Origin: Rhizophagus irregularis
Lineage: Eukaryota
Direction of reading: 5' to 3'
Length of the DNA stretch: 64,000 nt
NCBI RefSeq assembly: GCF_026210795.1
Contig: NC_089433.1
Location: 2,232,001 to 2,296,000, forward strand
Shown here: positions 38,547 through 52,032 of the stretch, piece after piece
How the letters are laid out: each line of letters opens with the position of its first letter
Numbering within the stretch: position 1 is the stretch's first letter
The notes under the pieces: model-generated
The model's input: only the letters and a program-made list of their open reading frames with translations
Told to the model about the DNA's origin: nothing
The model's database searches: none
Program-made: the position numbers and the translations under genes

Positions 38547-39572
38547 TGATTAGCTAGTTCAACTTAAAGTTTAGTAAAAGTTATCGCATTTTTATAATAT
38601 AATAAGGATTATAAATGGTATTCAATACCATAGTATTTTTTTACATGGCCTAATAGTGTTTTTAAAGATAGCAAAACATCTATAAATTATTTATATACAG
38701 TAACCTGCCAAAAATTACCTCAGATTATTTTTTTGGATGCTAAACTGCATTAATTCATACTTAGTAAAAGTACAATAGTCACAAAAATATTGAGTGTAAT
38801 TGTAGAGAGATGATTTAAAGCTCATTAGATTTACCATAATAAAATAGACCAAATGGTAATATTTAACTTCAATGTATAATTAGTACTCTTAATAGATCGA
38901 TCTGATCAGATTGGTAATACAGTACAACCTAATTAATCGTAAAAAAACCATTTTTTTGTAAATATCTCGTGATCTAGCAGTCCAATTTTAATTCAGCTTA
39001 ATATGATCTACAAAACAAAAAATCCAATCACTATGATCACGAGATAATATTTTTCAGATCAGATTACTAAAATCCTGAGCATTAATTAATTTCAAAAATT
39101 CAATATTTAAATACAAAATATTGTATATTCAATTATTCAAAAAAATTAAGTTGGTAAATAAATATAATCTACAAATTTATGTTAATCATACAGTATAATA
39201 TGTGATATCATGATATTAAGTAAATTTAGTTTAGTTTAGAATTTTATATTACTTTTGATTTTTACTTATATAGTTTTCTTGTAATAAAGCTTATTTAATA
39301 CTTTAAGAAATAAAAAATAAATATGTAAAATATCAAATTATTACATAATCTATTAATTATAGATAGAAAAATGGATTAAAGATTATTAAATTTGCTATGT
39401 ATAATGAAATGTATTGAATAGTAATATTTTTATATTTTTAATTTCAATAAATCAAAAGTTATTAGCATTTTTTAGTTTAGAAACTTTTGAAAATAATTAC
39501 TATATATTAAAACTAAAAATATAAAAAAGCCTACCACTTAATATACTTTATTATAGTGATTCTAATAAGTTT

Positions 39573-39658
39573 CACAAGTTAAAAAGTGAAAAATCAGGCA
39601 TCAATCAGTTACCAATTGGTGACTGATTGATGCCTGATTTTTCACTTTTTGACCTGTG
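39573..39658. repeat. 86-bp loopless palindrome (collapsed MITE, CACAG termini, TT flanks)
   Basis: 43-bp arms with 3 transition mismatches around CCAATTGG. Confidence 0.9.
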
Positions 39659-42349
39659 TTTTAAATTATTTCTTTATGATATAATCATTGAATAATGAAT
39701 TAATATATTTTAATATTTAAAAAAAGTTGGTAACTTTTAGCAGGTTATTGTATATATTTTTAAAATTTTTAATATAATTAATATAATTAAAGTTAAATTA
39801 TAAGATATTAACATTATTTTAATATTTATTTAGTGATTATAAAATTACAAAATAAAGTTTTAAATTTGTTATTAATACAAATTAAATAGTAATTTTATTT
39901 TTACCTGTAGCACATTTAAAGATAAAAATAATAAAAATAGTAAAACTATAATTATGTATATATAGGACTACATAAAATTCTAATTTATTAAGTACTAAAC
40001 TACTTGTTATTTCAAGATTAAGATCTTATATATAAATTATTAGATAGAAATTCTAAATAAAAGTTAAATTCTGTATAGAATAAATCTTTTTTAAAGATAA
40101 TTTTCTTATTTCAGTCTATGCCAGTAAGTATTTAAAAGATTAACTAAAACTGTAAAATGAAATTTAGATTAGAATAAAAAAATTCAGAGTAAAATTTTAT
40201 AAATTAAAAAGGGGAAAAAAATAAAATTCTAATAACAAGTAATCATTATAATATTCTATTCATCCTGTCTGTAGCTCTTTAAAATTACACAGATATTTAT
40301 TATCAGTATATAAGCCTTCTTAATAATAACTGAATTTCAGTTAAAACTAAAACTCTTCTTACTTATAATAAAAATCATTGTAGAAAATTAGCCCTTTACT
40401 AATAATTTTTATCTTAAATTCTATTGGTCAATTAGCTAAAAAGGAAAAAAATCATAACGATATAATATAAAATTTCTTTTTATAATAAGATATATATATA
40501 TATATATATTTGCAAAGAATTTTATATATAATTTTTACTTTAAACTAAATGACCTATCTTTAATAAGTAAGCGGAATTTTATGTAAAGTATCTTTTTTTA
40601 GAAATCTATAAATTTTAGAGAATTAAATTCCATATTAGTGACTTTGTTCAAATCAATCTAAAAGTTGTAATATGTAATTAATTTTGAGTATCCATGTTCT
40701 TAAATAATTTTGAAAGTCTTGCATTCTGTTAATGCAAGCAATAATTGGATAGAGTTTGCAATAAAATATAAAATTTCTGTTATTATAGATTTTAGTATAT
40801 CCATCAAGATCATTTAAAAGTTTTTGCATTTTTTGCATTACTTTAGATTTCAAGTTGCTGAAAACTATTTCACTAGTATTTTTTTAAGAAAAACAGTCTA
40901 TACTTCTTCATTAAATTGTCTTAGAGCTGTTTTGTTAAAATAATTTAAAGTTTAAAACAGTAAGAGTAATATACTTCTTCTGTAACTTTAATTTTATTGC
41001 AGCCACTTTATTCCATTTTTTAAGGTAATTTAGGATATCGATTTAGAACTATTTGAAAGAAATATTGTAAACTACTATTTTTTATTTTTTAAACATTATT
41101 TTTGAAAACAGATTCATAACAAGTCATAATAATAAAACTAGAACATGCAGTTGATGCTTTTACTTTTTAGTATTATTATCCTTAGACTTATTACCATTTT
41201 TTAGAATATTTTTCAAAGTAATATTCTTTTACTTATTACTTCCATTAGATATAAAAGAATTTAGCTTGCTATTATTACTACCTGCATTTCATAATACTAT
41301 TTTAACATAACTAATTTATTTATTCTTTTCTTTTAGGGTAAAAGGTTCAGCTTTTGCATCTAGAAGATTTATTTAATAGTAAATTCTGCACATTCTCTAA
41401 CTAAGGTTGCAGGCTAAACTCCATAATAAATGTGAAACTTGGTAAAACTATATTAAAAATTTAATAATAAATTGGTAAAACCTAATTATAAAAATTATAT
41501 GTAATGCCAGTAATGGTGAAACTATAATAAATTCTTATAAAAAAATTGTCAAAATTGAGGTTTAGATGTTTTGCCAAATTCAAAAACTAATTTAGCTCGC
41601 ATCTATATTTCTAATTGATATTCAGGTTTTTCAATAATTTCCATTCTCATCAATAATGATTTCTGTATAACCAGTTAATCATTGGCTGTATTTATTATTA
41701 TGTACTTATTATATGACTTTTATTATATTGTTTTATAAACCTTTAAATATGCAAAATTATTCAAAAAACTGTAAAAAAGGTTAAGGACTATCACCATATT
41801 GGTGAAATGCATTTCTGGCTGACTTTAGTTTAAACTAAGTTTTTTAAAATTATCTTTATATTTTAAAAATAGGTTCTTTAACTTATATTGTACATTAGAA
41901 TGGAAATTGTTAAAAACTTAAAGTTTCAGTTGCATTTTTTTGACAAAAAGCTTTTATAATAAAACTGAAAAGATCATATAACTCCTCACTTCTTTGTTAG
42001 CAACTGAAAAAATTAGTTTTCAAAAAATTCTTTCTGATTTATATAATTAGTGGTAAGAATTTTCCCATTATAATTAAATTTAAATCACAATAAAAATACA
42101 TTACAGTTATTATTTTAATTGACTTCTACAAGCAAATAATATAATAAATATATAGAATAATAGAGTATAAAAGGATTTTAAATATCTCTTAAATAACTTA
42201 AAAATAATATATAGTAAAATGCATTTTTAGTAATAACTCAATCAATATCAATATTAAAAATGCGATTTTATTAGGATCCATTAAAACCCCAAATATTACT
42301 AAAACAACTTAGATCCTGTATAATTAAAATTTCAAAATGTGATATCTTG

Positions 42350-42656
42350 TAGAGGTACGATTCGAGTTCTAAAAAACCATCTGAATTGAATTCGGATGCT
42401 TATTAGCACATCCGAATTCAATCCAGATCGTTAAACTAATCTTAATTTTGGCTGAAATTGTAATTTTGGGTGGAATTAAAGTTTCAATAATGAGAATTAG
42501 TTCTGCCTAAACTTTTAGTACTAGTCTAAGCTAACTATAATGCTGGTCAGAATTAAAATCGGATCAATCCATCAAAAATAATCAGATACAGATATTCAAT
42601 TTCAATTCAGATGAACGGATCAATCTGAATTGACTAGATTACAGATCATAACACTA
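42350..42656. mobile_element. Decayed hAT MITE, 307 bp
   Basis: Perfect 8-bp TSD ATATCTTG (42342-42349, 42657-42664); degenerate TIR TAGAGGTACGAT / TAGTGTTATGAT; GATC/TCCG-type subterminal repeats. Confidence 0.8.
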
Positions 42657-43580
42657 ATATCTTGGTTAATATTATATCTAAAAAGATGAATTATATATCA
42701 AAATGTTTATCTTGTTGAAATGAATTTAACAAGCCAAAGATTATTAAACTCCAATCACTGGATCTCAAGATAGAAAATTTGAAGCTAAAATCTATATATA
42801 ACTTTATACATTTGAAACAGAAATTAATTATAAGATTTATACAAATTCAAATCTGAGTTTTTTTAGTAATGTTCAGGATCCTGATCTGCTTACTTTTAAT
42901 AGAAGACTCCAGAAAAAATTTCAAATTTACTAGTAATTTTACCAGCAATCCTATTGGTTAATTGATCTAAAAAGGAAAAAAATCATAATAACTTAGTCTT
43001 TTTAGGTGTAATTTATCTATATATAGTAAGATCTTCAAAAATTCTCAATTATAAATTTTACTTTAGATTTTTGGTGACTTATCTTATAAGTAAACGAAAT
43101 CCTATTTTATTACTATTGAATTTATATTATTATATGAGCTGATTTGTCTACCTTTAATTAAAATATTGATTTTGTTACATTTTTATTATACAAAATACTA
43201 AAAAATTTTCATTTAATGTTATTATACTATAATTTGGTAAATATTTCTTCTAAATTAATATAATTCTTAGCACTTACTATATATGTTAAAAATTTGTATC
43301 TCAATTTTAAATGTAAATATCTCCAGATCCAATAATCCAATTGGCAAGCTCTTTTTTTGCTCATATAGTCCAGATCAAGGGCTTTCCAAAGAGCCTAAAT
43401 TTATAAAAAAATGGATTAGTAAATCTCAAGATATTTGCATTTAAGCATGTTAAAAAGTTTGTACCTCAACTTTAAATATAAATATCTCCAGATCTAATAA
43501 TTCAATCGGTGAGCTCTTTTTTCACCTATAAAGTCCAGAACAAGGACTTTTCAACAAGCCTAAAATTATAGAAAACAGAA

Positions 43581-44313
43581 TATATATGCTGCCTAAATTA
43601 TTTTGAGATGTCATAATTATAATTTGGAATGCTGTATTTCATTCAGTTTATATATAATTTACTATGTAAAGTGCTAAAATAATTTGGGATATCATAAGGA
43701 CCCAGAAATATATATATAGGGGTCAGATGGCAAAAAATTTTTTTACTATGAGCTGTACACAAAGACTTTTTATATGAGTAGTACGCATAATTGACATCTG
43801 ATATTGAAAATCCTGCAAAAATACACAAATAAAATTTCAGATATTAAGTTATTAATTATTTTATCATAGCTTCTCTATTATTTATAAAACCAAATACTAA
43901 TGTGAAAAAAAAGAATTTACCATTTTTCAATAATATTTTTCTAAAATTACACTTTTAACCATTAGAAATTTCTTTCAATTAATACTAAATATTACAATAC
44001 GGTTAATTAAATAAGTACATACAATAAAAATATTTTATATATAAGATTAGCCAAATTTAGGCCAAAAATATGCAAACTAATTTTTTACATATAAAAATTT
44101 TGATAAAAAATACGCAATCTTGATGATCTAACTATAGATGAAAAATTCTAAAATTGTACGCAAATCAAAACTTTACTCCGTCTAATTCCACTATGATGAT
44201 GACGCATCTGTGTACCCTACCCCTGTATATATATTTCTGGATCCTATGTCATAATTGAATTTGGAATTTTACTTATAATTACGGCAGCCCAAAATAATTT
44301 GGGTGGCATGTAT
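43581..44313. mobile_element. Outer MITE (TA-flanked, about 40-bp TIR) hosting a nested element
   Basis: TATATGCTGCCTAAATTATTTTGAGATGTCATAATTATAA versus the reverse complement of the right end, TACATGCCACCCAAATTATTTTGGGCTGCCGTAATTATAA. Confidence 0.65.
43697..44245. mobile_element. Nested MITE, 549 bp
   Basis: 27-bp TIR AGGAYCCAGAAATATATATAYAGGGGT; 8-bp TSD ATATCATA / ATGTCATA. Confidence 0.82.
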
Positions 44314-44362
44314 AAAACGGAATAGTGAATCTTGATATATTTGCATCTAAAGATGGTAATAG

Positions 44363-45287
44363 TAGAGCTCCGAATGGGTCAGGTCAGGTCAGGTCAGGTT
44401 AATTGATAAACCTGACCTGAAATTTTTTTTCAGGTCAGGTTATATCAGGTTGTCTGTTTGACCTGACCTGACCTGAAACCTGAAAAATTTTTATTAAAGT
44501 ATTGAAAAAAAATGGTACAAAACTTTTTTATTAAAATATTGAAAAAAAATATTGCAAAACGTTTTTTTTAATATAACATTATGAAAAAAATGTTTTCGCA
44601 ACGTTATTATTGAAATATCAAAAAAAAAACGTTACGAAATATTTTTTTAATATAATATTATGAAAAAACGTTTTCGCAATGTTTTTTCTCGAAATATTGC
44701 GATTCAACATTTTTATATTAAAATCATATAAAAAAGTGAATCCCAATACTGCAATTCACTTTTTTATATTGATTTTGTATAAAAAAAGTGAGTTGCGGTA
44801 TTGCGATTCACTTTTTTATATAGATTCTATATAAAAAAAGTGAGTTGCGGTATTGCGATTCACTTTTTTTATATAAAATCAATATAAAAAAGTGAATCGC
44901 AATATCGCAACTCACTTTTATTATATAAAATCAATATAAAAAAGTGAATCGCAATATCGCAACTCACTTTTATTATATAAAATCAATATAAAAAAGTGAA
45001 TCGCAATACCGCAACTCACTTTTTTTATATAGAATCTATATAAAAAAGTGAATCGCAATACTGCAACTCACTTTTATTATATAAAATCAATATAAAAAAG
45101 TGAATCGCAATACTGCAACTCACTTTTATTATATAGTAGAATCAATAGTTTCAGGTCAACAGGTCAATCAGGTCAGGTCAATCTTCATACCTGACCTGAA
45201 TTTTTTTTAAAAATCTCATACCTGACCTGAATTTCAGGTCAGGTCAGGTCAGGTTACCTGAATTTGGCTGACCTGTTCGGAGCTCTA
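44363..45287. mobile_element. Non-autonomous hAT-like element with an internal palindromic minisatellite
   Basis: 20-bp TIR TAGAGCTCCGAAYRGGTCAG; CAGGT pentamer subterminal repeats; internal units of about 52 bp AAAAAAGTGAATCGCAATAYYGCAACTCACTTTT; no TSD visible. Confidence 0.85.
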
Positions 45288-46625
45288 GTTCCTGATATAG
45301 TTTTTAATCTGCAAGAATTTAAAGGTAAATATAAGAGATATTTTACCTTTAACTTGAAAAAAAAAGGAACTGCTATTAAAAGAGAAATTAAGATAACAAC
45401 TTTAAAGTTTTGCAAAAAACTATTGACTAGATATAGTTAAATAAGAAACAAAAGGTAACCAAATAAGTTAATAAGATCTTGGATGGTATTGATAAACTAA
45501 TTGTTTTAGCTGAAATTAGATTGATACTTAGAAAGTTGAGAATAACTTAAAGTAGTTTAAAATAATGAATATAATTGGCTTAGCTTTAGGAATGTAATAA
45601 TAGTAGGGTGACTTTATTACTAACTGTTTTCTTTATTTTACTTTATTTTTTATAGTTCAATTAGCATTTTTGTGCAACTTATAGGATTTATTTACTAACA
45701 TCTAGCAGGTAGGATGTTTATTGTTTTTTAAAATAGTAATTTTATTTTAAAACAAATATTATATAATATTTTTTAATATTATTAAGATAATTAAATTTGC
45801 TATTAATAAAAATATTATAAAAAAATCTGAATTTAAAGAATTAATTTGTCCTTTACTTGAGAGCAAAAGGAGTACTGATATTTAAAGTGATTTATTTTTC
45901 AACTATAATTATAAATTTATTTTGTAGTACATTTTTTTACATAAAATATATTTTTACTGCTTTTAAAAAAGTAGTATTATTTTAATGTTTATTATTTATA
46001 CTATTATATGTAATTATTTTTATTACTATTCTGCAATAATCTAGTTTATTGAAATTATTGTAAAATATTTTCATTTTCTTAATTAATATTTGGCTTATTA
46101 ATTTAAAAATCTAAAAATTTTACTTATTGTATTGTTTTTGATTGAAGCCATTTGACAGGCTCGTAAGACTGTAAGACTCAAATTCAATGAATAAGCTAAA
46201 ATGTTCATGGATATGAAATAATCCTTTATTAGTTTGAAAAATAAAAAAATTAAAAAGAGCCCAAAAAGTTAATTCTTTCATCAGATCTTGGAATTTTATT
46301 TATTTTATGGATAGTACAATTGATCAACGAATATAAAAGGTTGACACAAAAGAACCGAAGCCCAATGACGCGGACCCTTACAGGTATTTATATAAAAAGA
46401 AACTATTTAAACCCCAACCAGGTCTAAATAGGAATGGTTTTTATGTTAGTGTAATATTATGCTAATCGCCAAATCCTACTTTCAATGTGCCTCTCACGTG
46501 AATTTTAATTAACTATACGTAATTGTTGATCAAGTTTTACTTATAAAACGAATAATTGAAACTTATTTCTGATTTTCTGTTGATTTTTAATCACGGCTTG
46601 TTTATTGCTATACGAGAATATAACC

Positions 46626-47147
46626 ATGAGTCAAATAAAAGATCGTGTTGAAGTAAATATCTATAATACGAAATTTTTAAAATAACTTGTACGAATATAA
46701 TAATTCAAACTTTCTTCTTTCTTCTTTTTAGAAACTTATTCAGACAAATCCTGTTATGATGTTTAGTAAAAGTTTTTGTCCATATTGTAAAAAAGCAAAA
46801 GCTACTTTGAAAGAACTTAACGTTGAACCTGGAATTTGCGAATTAGATGAAGATTGTAAGTGTTATGGGATTGTTATTATTTTGATACTTGTTATTAAAT
46901 ATTAAAATATGTATCATAGCCGAAGGAAGAGCTATTCAAGATTATCTTAAGGAGAAAACTAGCCAAAATACCGTACCAAACATTTTTATCAAGGGTCAAC
47001 ACGTTGGAGGTATCAAAATTTCTTTTATCTTCTGTAAAAAAAATAAATTTTACTTTAATAATGTTATTGGCTTTGATTTTAGGATGTGATGATCTTTTAG
47101 CTGCTAAAGACAATGGATCCCTTAGTAAAATGATTGCGGCTCTTTAA
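46626..47147 (+). CDS. GRX1: Dithiol glutaredoxin; 4 exons
   Basis: FSKSFCPYCKKAK, TVPNIFIKGQHVGGCDDL. Confidence 0.95.
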
Positions 47148-47354
47148 ATTATTTAAAACAATTTTTTTATCGTATAAATGATACGCATACAATCAAATAA
47201 ACAAATTAACGGTTTTTTTAAATAAAATTTGTTATAACAATTCTTAACAATTCTTTATGATATAATTAATAATTTGTCCAATAATATTGATGTGTTACGT
47301 TTATATCAAATTTTTTTTTTTTTTTTTTTTTTGAAACTGCTTTTAAGCAACATT

Positions 47355-47703
47355 ATGTCTGAAACTCCAATTGATATAGTTATTAGTGGTCTTCAGACAC
47401 AAATCTCTGAATTAAAAGAAATAATTTCTGGTAAACTAAATAACTAAATTAATTATAAATACGATATATCTCTCTTATTAATCTTTTCCCTATATAGGAT
47501 TAAATAATGATCAAAATACTTCTTCGACAGCACAAACGGCACAAACAGCACAAGTAAGATCTATAGAAAATGAACGCAATGCTTTACAAATTGAAAATTC
47601 TAAATTAAATTATCAGATTACTCATCTGTTGCGTGCTTTAAATAAAAAAGATAATGAAATCTCTTTGCTCAGAAAGGATCTTAATAAATCAGGGTTCAAA
47701 TGA
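47355..47703 (+). CDS. 93-aa coiled-coil protein; 2 exons, absent from the ORF track
   Basis: Exons 47355-47430 and 47498-47703 (GT-AG intron) give MSETPIDIVISGLQTQISELKEIISG..RSIENERNALQIENSKLNYQITHLLRALNKKDNEISLLRKDLNKSGFK*. Confidence 0.8.
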
Positions 47704-48115
47704 ATTCGCTCAATTTTTTTTACTTTAAACCTAAATGTTTTATTAATTTTTGTAATTTACCGTTCAAGTGTATTAAAATAATTTACTGAAGATTATAATA
47801 GAAACATATGATTGAAATGAATGTAATATGATAAGAATTTTCTTTTACATAATATAAGTACAAATTATTAGAATTATTTTTTTTTTTTCCTATCTAAAAT
47901 TAAATAAATCTATATAAGAATATAATAACGGAAAAAACTTGAATTATGAAAATTATCAAAAATGTCCGAAATCATTCATCAAATATTTTCTACAAAAAAC
48001 TTTTTTTTCATCCTTTCTGTCTGACCACCAAAAGTCCCTTTGGTCTGCTTGATATTGGTAGACAATATACCAATGAAATGCATCGCACTTATCATACTGT
48101 TACAATTATTTCTGA

Positions 48116-49851
48116 TTATTTTTTTCTAATGAAAAAATAGTATACTAATGCGGCTACTACTGCTAAGAGAACGATTGTAATAAAGAGGCAATACCATTTT
48201 TTCTAAATAAAAATAAGAATTAGCAAGCATTCAAAGATTTTAAATGTAAGTATATAATCAAACTTACTCTTCTTGCAGCTTTTGCACTCTCTAAAGCCTT
48301 CTCTACATGAACAACACCTTGCTCCATATTTGTTTGAACTTGAGTTGCATGTTCTTCGATTTGAGTTATTGTTGTATCTTGAGCTTCAACAAGAATTTGC
48401 ATTTCTTGGAAGAGATTTGCAAGTTCCTAAAATTTTAATTCGATAAGCAAAAAAGAAAAAAATATTCTCAATACTAGTTTAGAAAAATCTAACTTACTTC
48501 GATGGTTCTTTCAATCTTTTTGATATCATCGTGTCGTTTTTGTACTTCTTGTAAAGCATCTTTTGCTGCACCATACCTTGTAGAGTTCATGAGCTACCAA
48601 ATCATTAAAATAAGAGATTATTCTAAATTAAGTAAATAAATTATCATAGTGAAAAAATTTAATATAAAAACTAACCGATTGAGCGAAAATTTGTCCTCCA
48701 TCATCATTATCTAATGCTTCATCAATTTCTTCTTGTGAAGCGCTGGGTTTAACTATTATTAAATTAATTGTTAATTGGTATTTTCTAATTAACCATTGCT
48801 ATTTCAATTCACATATAATTCACTTATCAAATCTCGTATAACATACCAATTTTATATTGTCTTTCCATGCGATCTCTATATTTCTGACGATTTTGAAACT
48901 CAACTTTTTGATATTCTTGTAAGGTATCCATAAATTTTTGACGTAGATTAGCTGTCTAAAATACAAAGAAATTCATTTAAAACGCTATAAATATAAACTA
49001 AAGAAATAATATATATTATTTATTAAAATAACACCTGTGGTTTCCGAACTGTAAGATCCCCAGGATTTACTTTTAGATTTGAAACCTCTATTTTTTTGAT
49101 TCTATCTTTTACTTGGACAAGAAGTTGACGTGTTTCGGAAACAATTGAATCAAGCTGGCGTTTATTGGCTTCATCCTCATTAATTACGCCCAAGGAGCGT
49201 GAATGTAATTCATCAACACGGTTAATGTTGTCTTTTATTTGACGAATCACATCTGAAATTGACGAAACCTGAATAAGAAATAATTCAATAACGTTAGATA
49301 TTATTATAACAACCGAGAATTATAAAGTGATTTTGATATAAACACTGAATCTTTTAAAAAAGAAATCAACGGAATTCACCAAGTGTCAAGACACCTAGAA
49401 ACTCTGTGATTGACTTGTTCTCTTGCTATTGATTCTTCCTAATTGAATTTTTTAAATAAAGTACCTCCTGAAAAAACGCATTCAAATTTGATATATCGGA
49501 ATTGACTTGAGTCATTTCGATATTCTGTTGAGAATAACCAACATTTGGCTGATTATATTGTTGATTATAATTTTGTTGCTGTTGACCATAATTTGTATAC
49601 GCTGGTTGAGCTGGTTGACCATAACCTTGTTGCTGTCCGTATTGCTGTTCATATTGCTGTCCGTATTGTTGCCCGTATTGTTGCTGTTGACCATATGGTT
49701 GTTGTGGATACCCTCCTTGATTACCGTAATAACCCTGCCCCCCCTGTTAAATAATTAATAGTAAGTTCCGAGACCATTTATATAATATTATAGATGAGTA
49801 AATAAACAGACAAAAAGTTACCGCATAATCACCACCGTAACCTTTGCTCAT
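48116..49851 (-). CDS. SSO1: Plasma-membrane syntaxin (Qa-SNARE, Sso1/Psy1-like); multi-exon
   Basis: Habc region, YRDRMERQYKI, ALQEVQKRHDDIKKIERTIEELANLFQEMQILVEAQ, AKAAR-KKW and a C-terminal TM segment. Confidence 0.93.
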
Positions 49852-50231
49852 TTTAAATAAGAATAATACAAAAGTAAAAGGTTAAAGTCGGCTTATTACA
49901 AAGTTTCAAAGTCAGGAAAAAGGAAAGAAGATGAAAAGAGTGAGAATATATGTCAAGGAAATTAACAATATAACGAATAATAAATTAATAATTTGATCAA
50001 AATTATTTATCATTGTCTGACGTTACTCGTTATGCGACCAAATACAGTTACTCGATAGAGATTATGATTCTGGTTTATAATTTAATATACCTGCATAAAT
50101 TAAGGAGCGGGCGGAGTATTTTTATAAACAAGATGATCAACGATTTTCTATATTTGTAAAACGTGTTATATATACAAATTTATAAATAGGAAAAGAATAT
50201 TACACTTAGCCTCATTTATTTTCTTTTGATC

Positions 50232-51862
50232 ATGCTTTCCCGTATTTTGAAAAAAGCAATTGTGTTTGATGCATTTCCTAAGGTTGACGCTGATTGTCAA
50301 CATCGAAGTCCACAAGGTGGTCTTGTAACAATCATTGTATCAATATGTTTATGGTTTTTGATTGTTAGTGAATTTAGTGAGTACTGGTATCTTAACCAAA
50401 AATACGAATTCGTAGTAGATCAAAATATAAATCACAAATTACAGATTAATGTTGATATTACAGTAAATACTCCGTGCGATTGTAAGTTGTAAATATTTAT
50501 TTAATGTTGATTCAAGTACATTGCACAAACCTAATTTGAAATCGATATGATATGTTTGATAGATTTGACAGTAGATGTGATAGATGCAGCTGGAGAAGGG
50601 CTGCACATGACACACGAACTTCGAAAAATATCGGTATAAATATCTTGATTACGAATTGAAGTGGTTCATTATTTAAAATCTGCTAAATAAATTTTTTAGA
50701 CAACATTTGAAGTAAGATCCGCGCATCTATTAGGGTATCTCTATTTTTATTACTATGTTACTACTATATTATACATTTAGCTAACTAAATAATTTTCAAC
50801 GGCCAGCGATGATGATGATGATGATTCAAGATTAAATGTTAAACAAGTAGTTATGGCTGCTAACTCAAACACTGATTCATTTTCTCCGAATAATGATGTC
50901 ACTGGTAATTACTAAATTTATGTATATTTTATTCGATCCATCACTATTATATTATAAATAATTTTTTTTATCACTTAAACAGAAAATACGCAAACGGCAT
51001 GCAGGATTTTCGGAAATTTGGATGTCAACAAAGTCACAGGTAATTTACATATTACAGCACTTGGCCATGGATATGGCTACTATAATACTGCTGTTGAACG
51101 TAAGTAAATTAAATTTAAAAATTAGATTCTTTATCGAATTAATCAGATAGCTGATTTAATTTAATTATTTTTAAAGTATTGAATTTCACACATAGAATTG
51201 ATGAATTCTCGTTTGGAACTCATTATCCGCGTCTTGTAAATCCGCTCGATAATAGTGTAGAAATTGCCGAAGCTCGTATGTTCTTATTATATTTTAAATA
51301 GTCGTGACAAAGAACCTAAGTTAAAATTTTTTTTAATTTTAGACAAGGAAGCCTTTCTGTATTTTTTATCAATTGTGAGTTGATTTGAAATTTTTTATCA
51401 TAACTTATATTTTTCCATAATATCTTGGAATTTATTTATAATAATATGGGAATTTATTTGTATTATTATATTATTACTATTATTTATTTATTATTATTAT
51501 TATATTAGGTTCCAACGACATATATAGATAATAATAACCATGTCTTGTTAACTAATCAATATTCAGTAACGGATTATTCTCGCGTAATTGAAGGAAGAAC
51601 CGGTATCCCAGGTATAAAGATTTAGGTGAAATGTTTTCTGGAAATTATTTTGTTTCTAATTTCACATGTACAATTTAATTTAATAGGTATTTTCTTCAAA
51701 TATGATATTGAGCCAATTTCCGTACGAATCGCTGAAAATGGCGTGAGTTTTTTTACATTTTTGGTTAGATTAAGTGGACTCGTAGGTGGTATATGGGTAA
51801 CAGCTGGGTTTGCATTGAAAATCGTAAATCGTATTTGGTCATCATTGCAAAAGTATCTCTGA
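50232..51862 (+). CDS. ERV41: ER-Golgi vesicle protein Erv41/ERGIC2-like; multi-exon
   Basis: FDAFPKV, GGLVT, LQINVDITVNTPC, ACRIFGNLDVNKVTGNLHITA.GHGY, NFTHRIDEFSFG, PGIFFKYDIEPISV. Confidence 0.9.
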
Positions 51863-52032
51863 CAATAATGGATCTCAGAAATTATACAGAGAATAATACC
51901 TTAATTGTTCTAATCTGTTCTCTTTATTTGAGAATAATTTATCGTAATTTGTACATAAATAAATGTATCTTGTCTAGACTAATAAAGTTTAATGATATTC
52001 ATTATTACGAAAGGCTCTTCACAGAAGTTGGT

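Noticed and set aside
40650..41650. Possible decayed coding sequence on the minus strand
   Set aside because: Too degenerate to assign a family without a search.
49507..49758. Three ORF-track ORFs over the SSO1 5' region
   Set aside because: Alternative frames or antisense of the real Q/Y/G-rich exon.
50735..50806. Possible second U12 intron in ERV41 (GTATCTCT donor)
   Set aside because: Donor deviates from GTATCCTT and the branch is U2-type GCTAAC.
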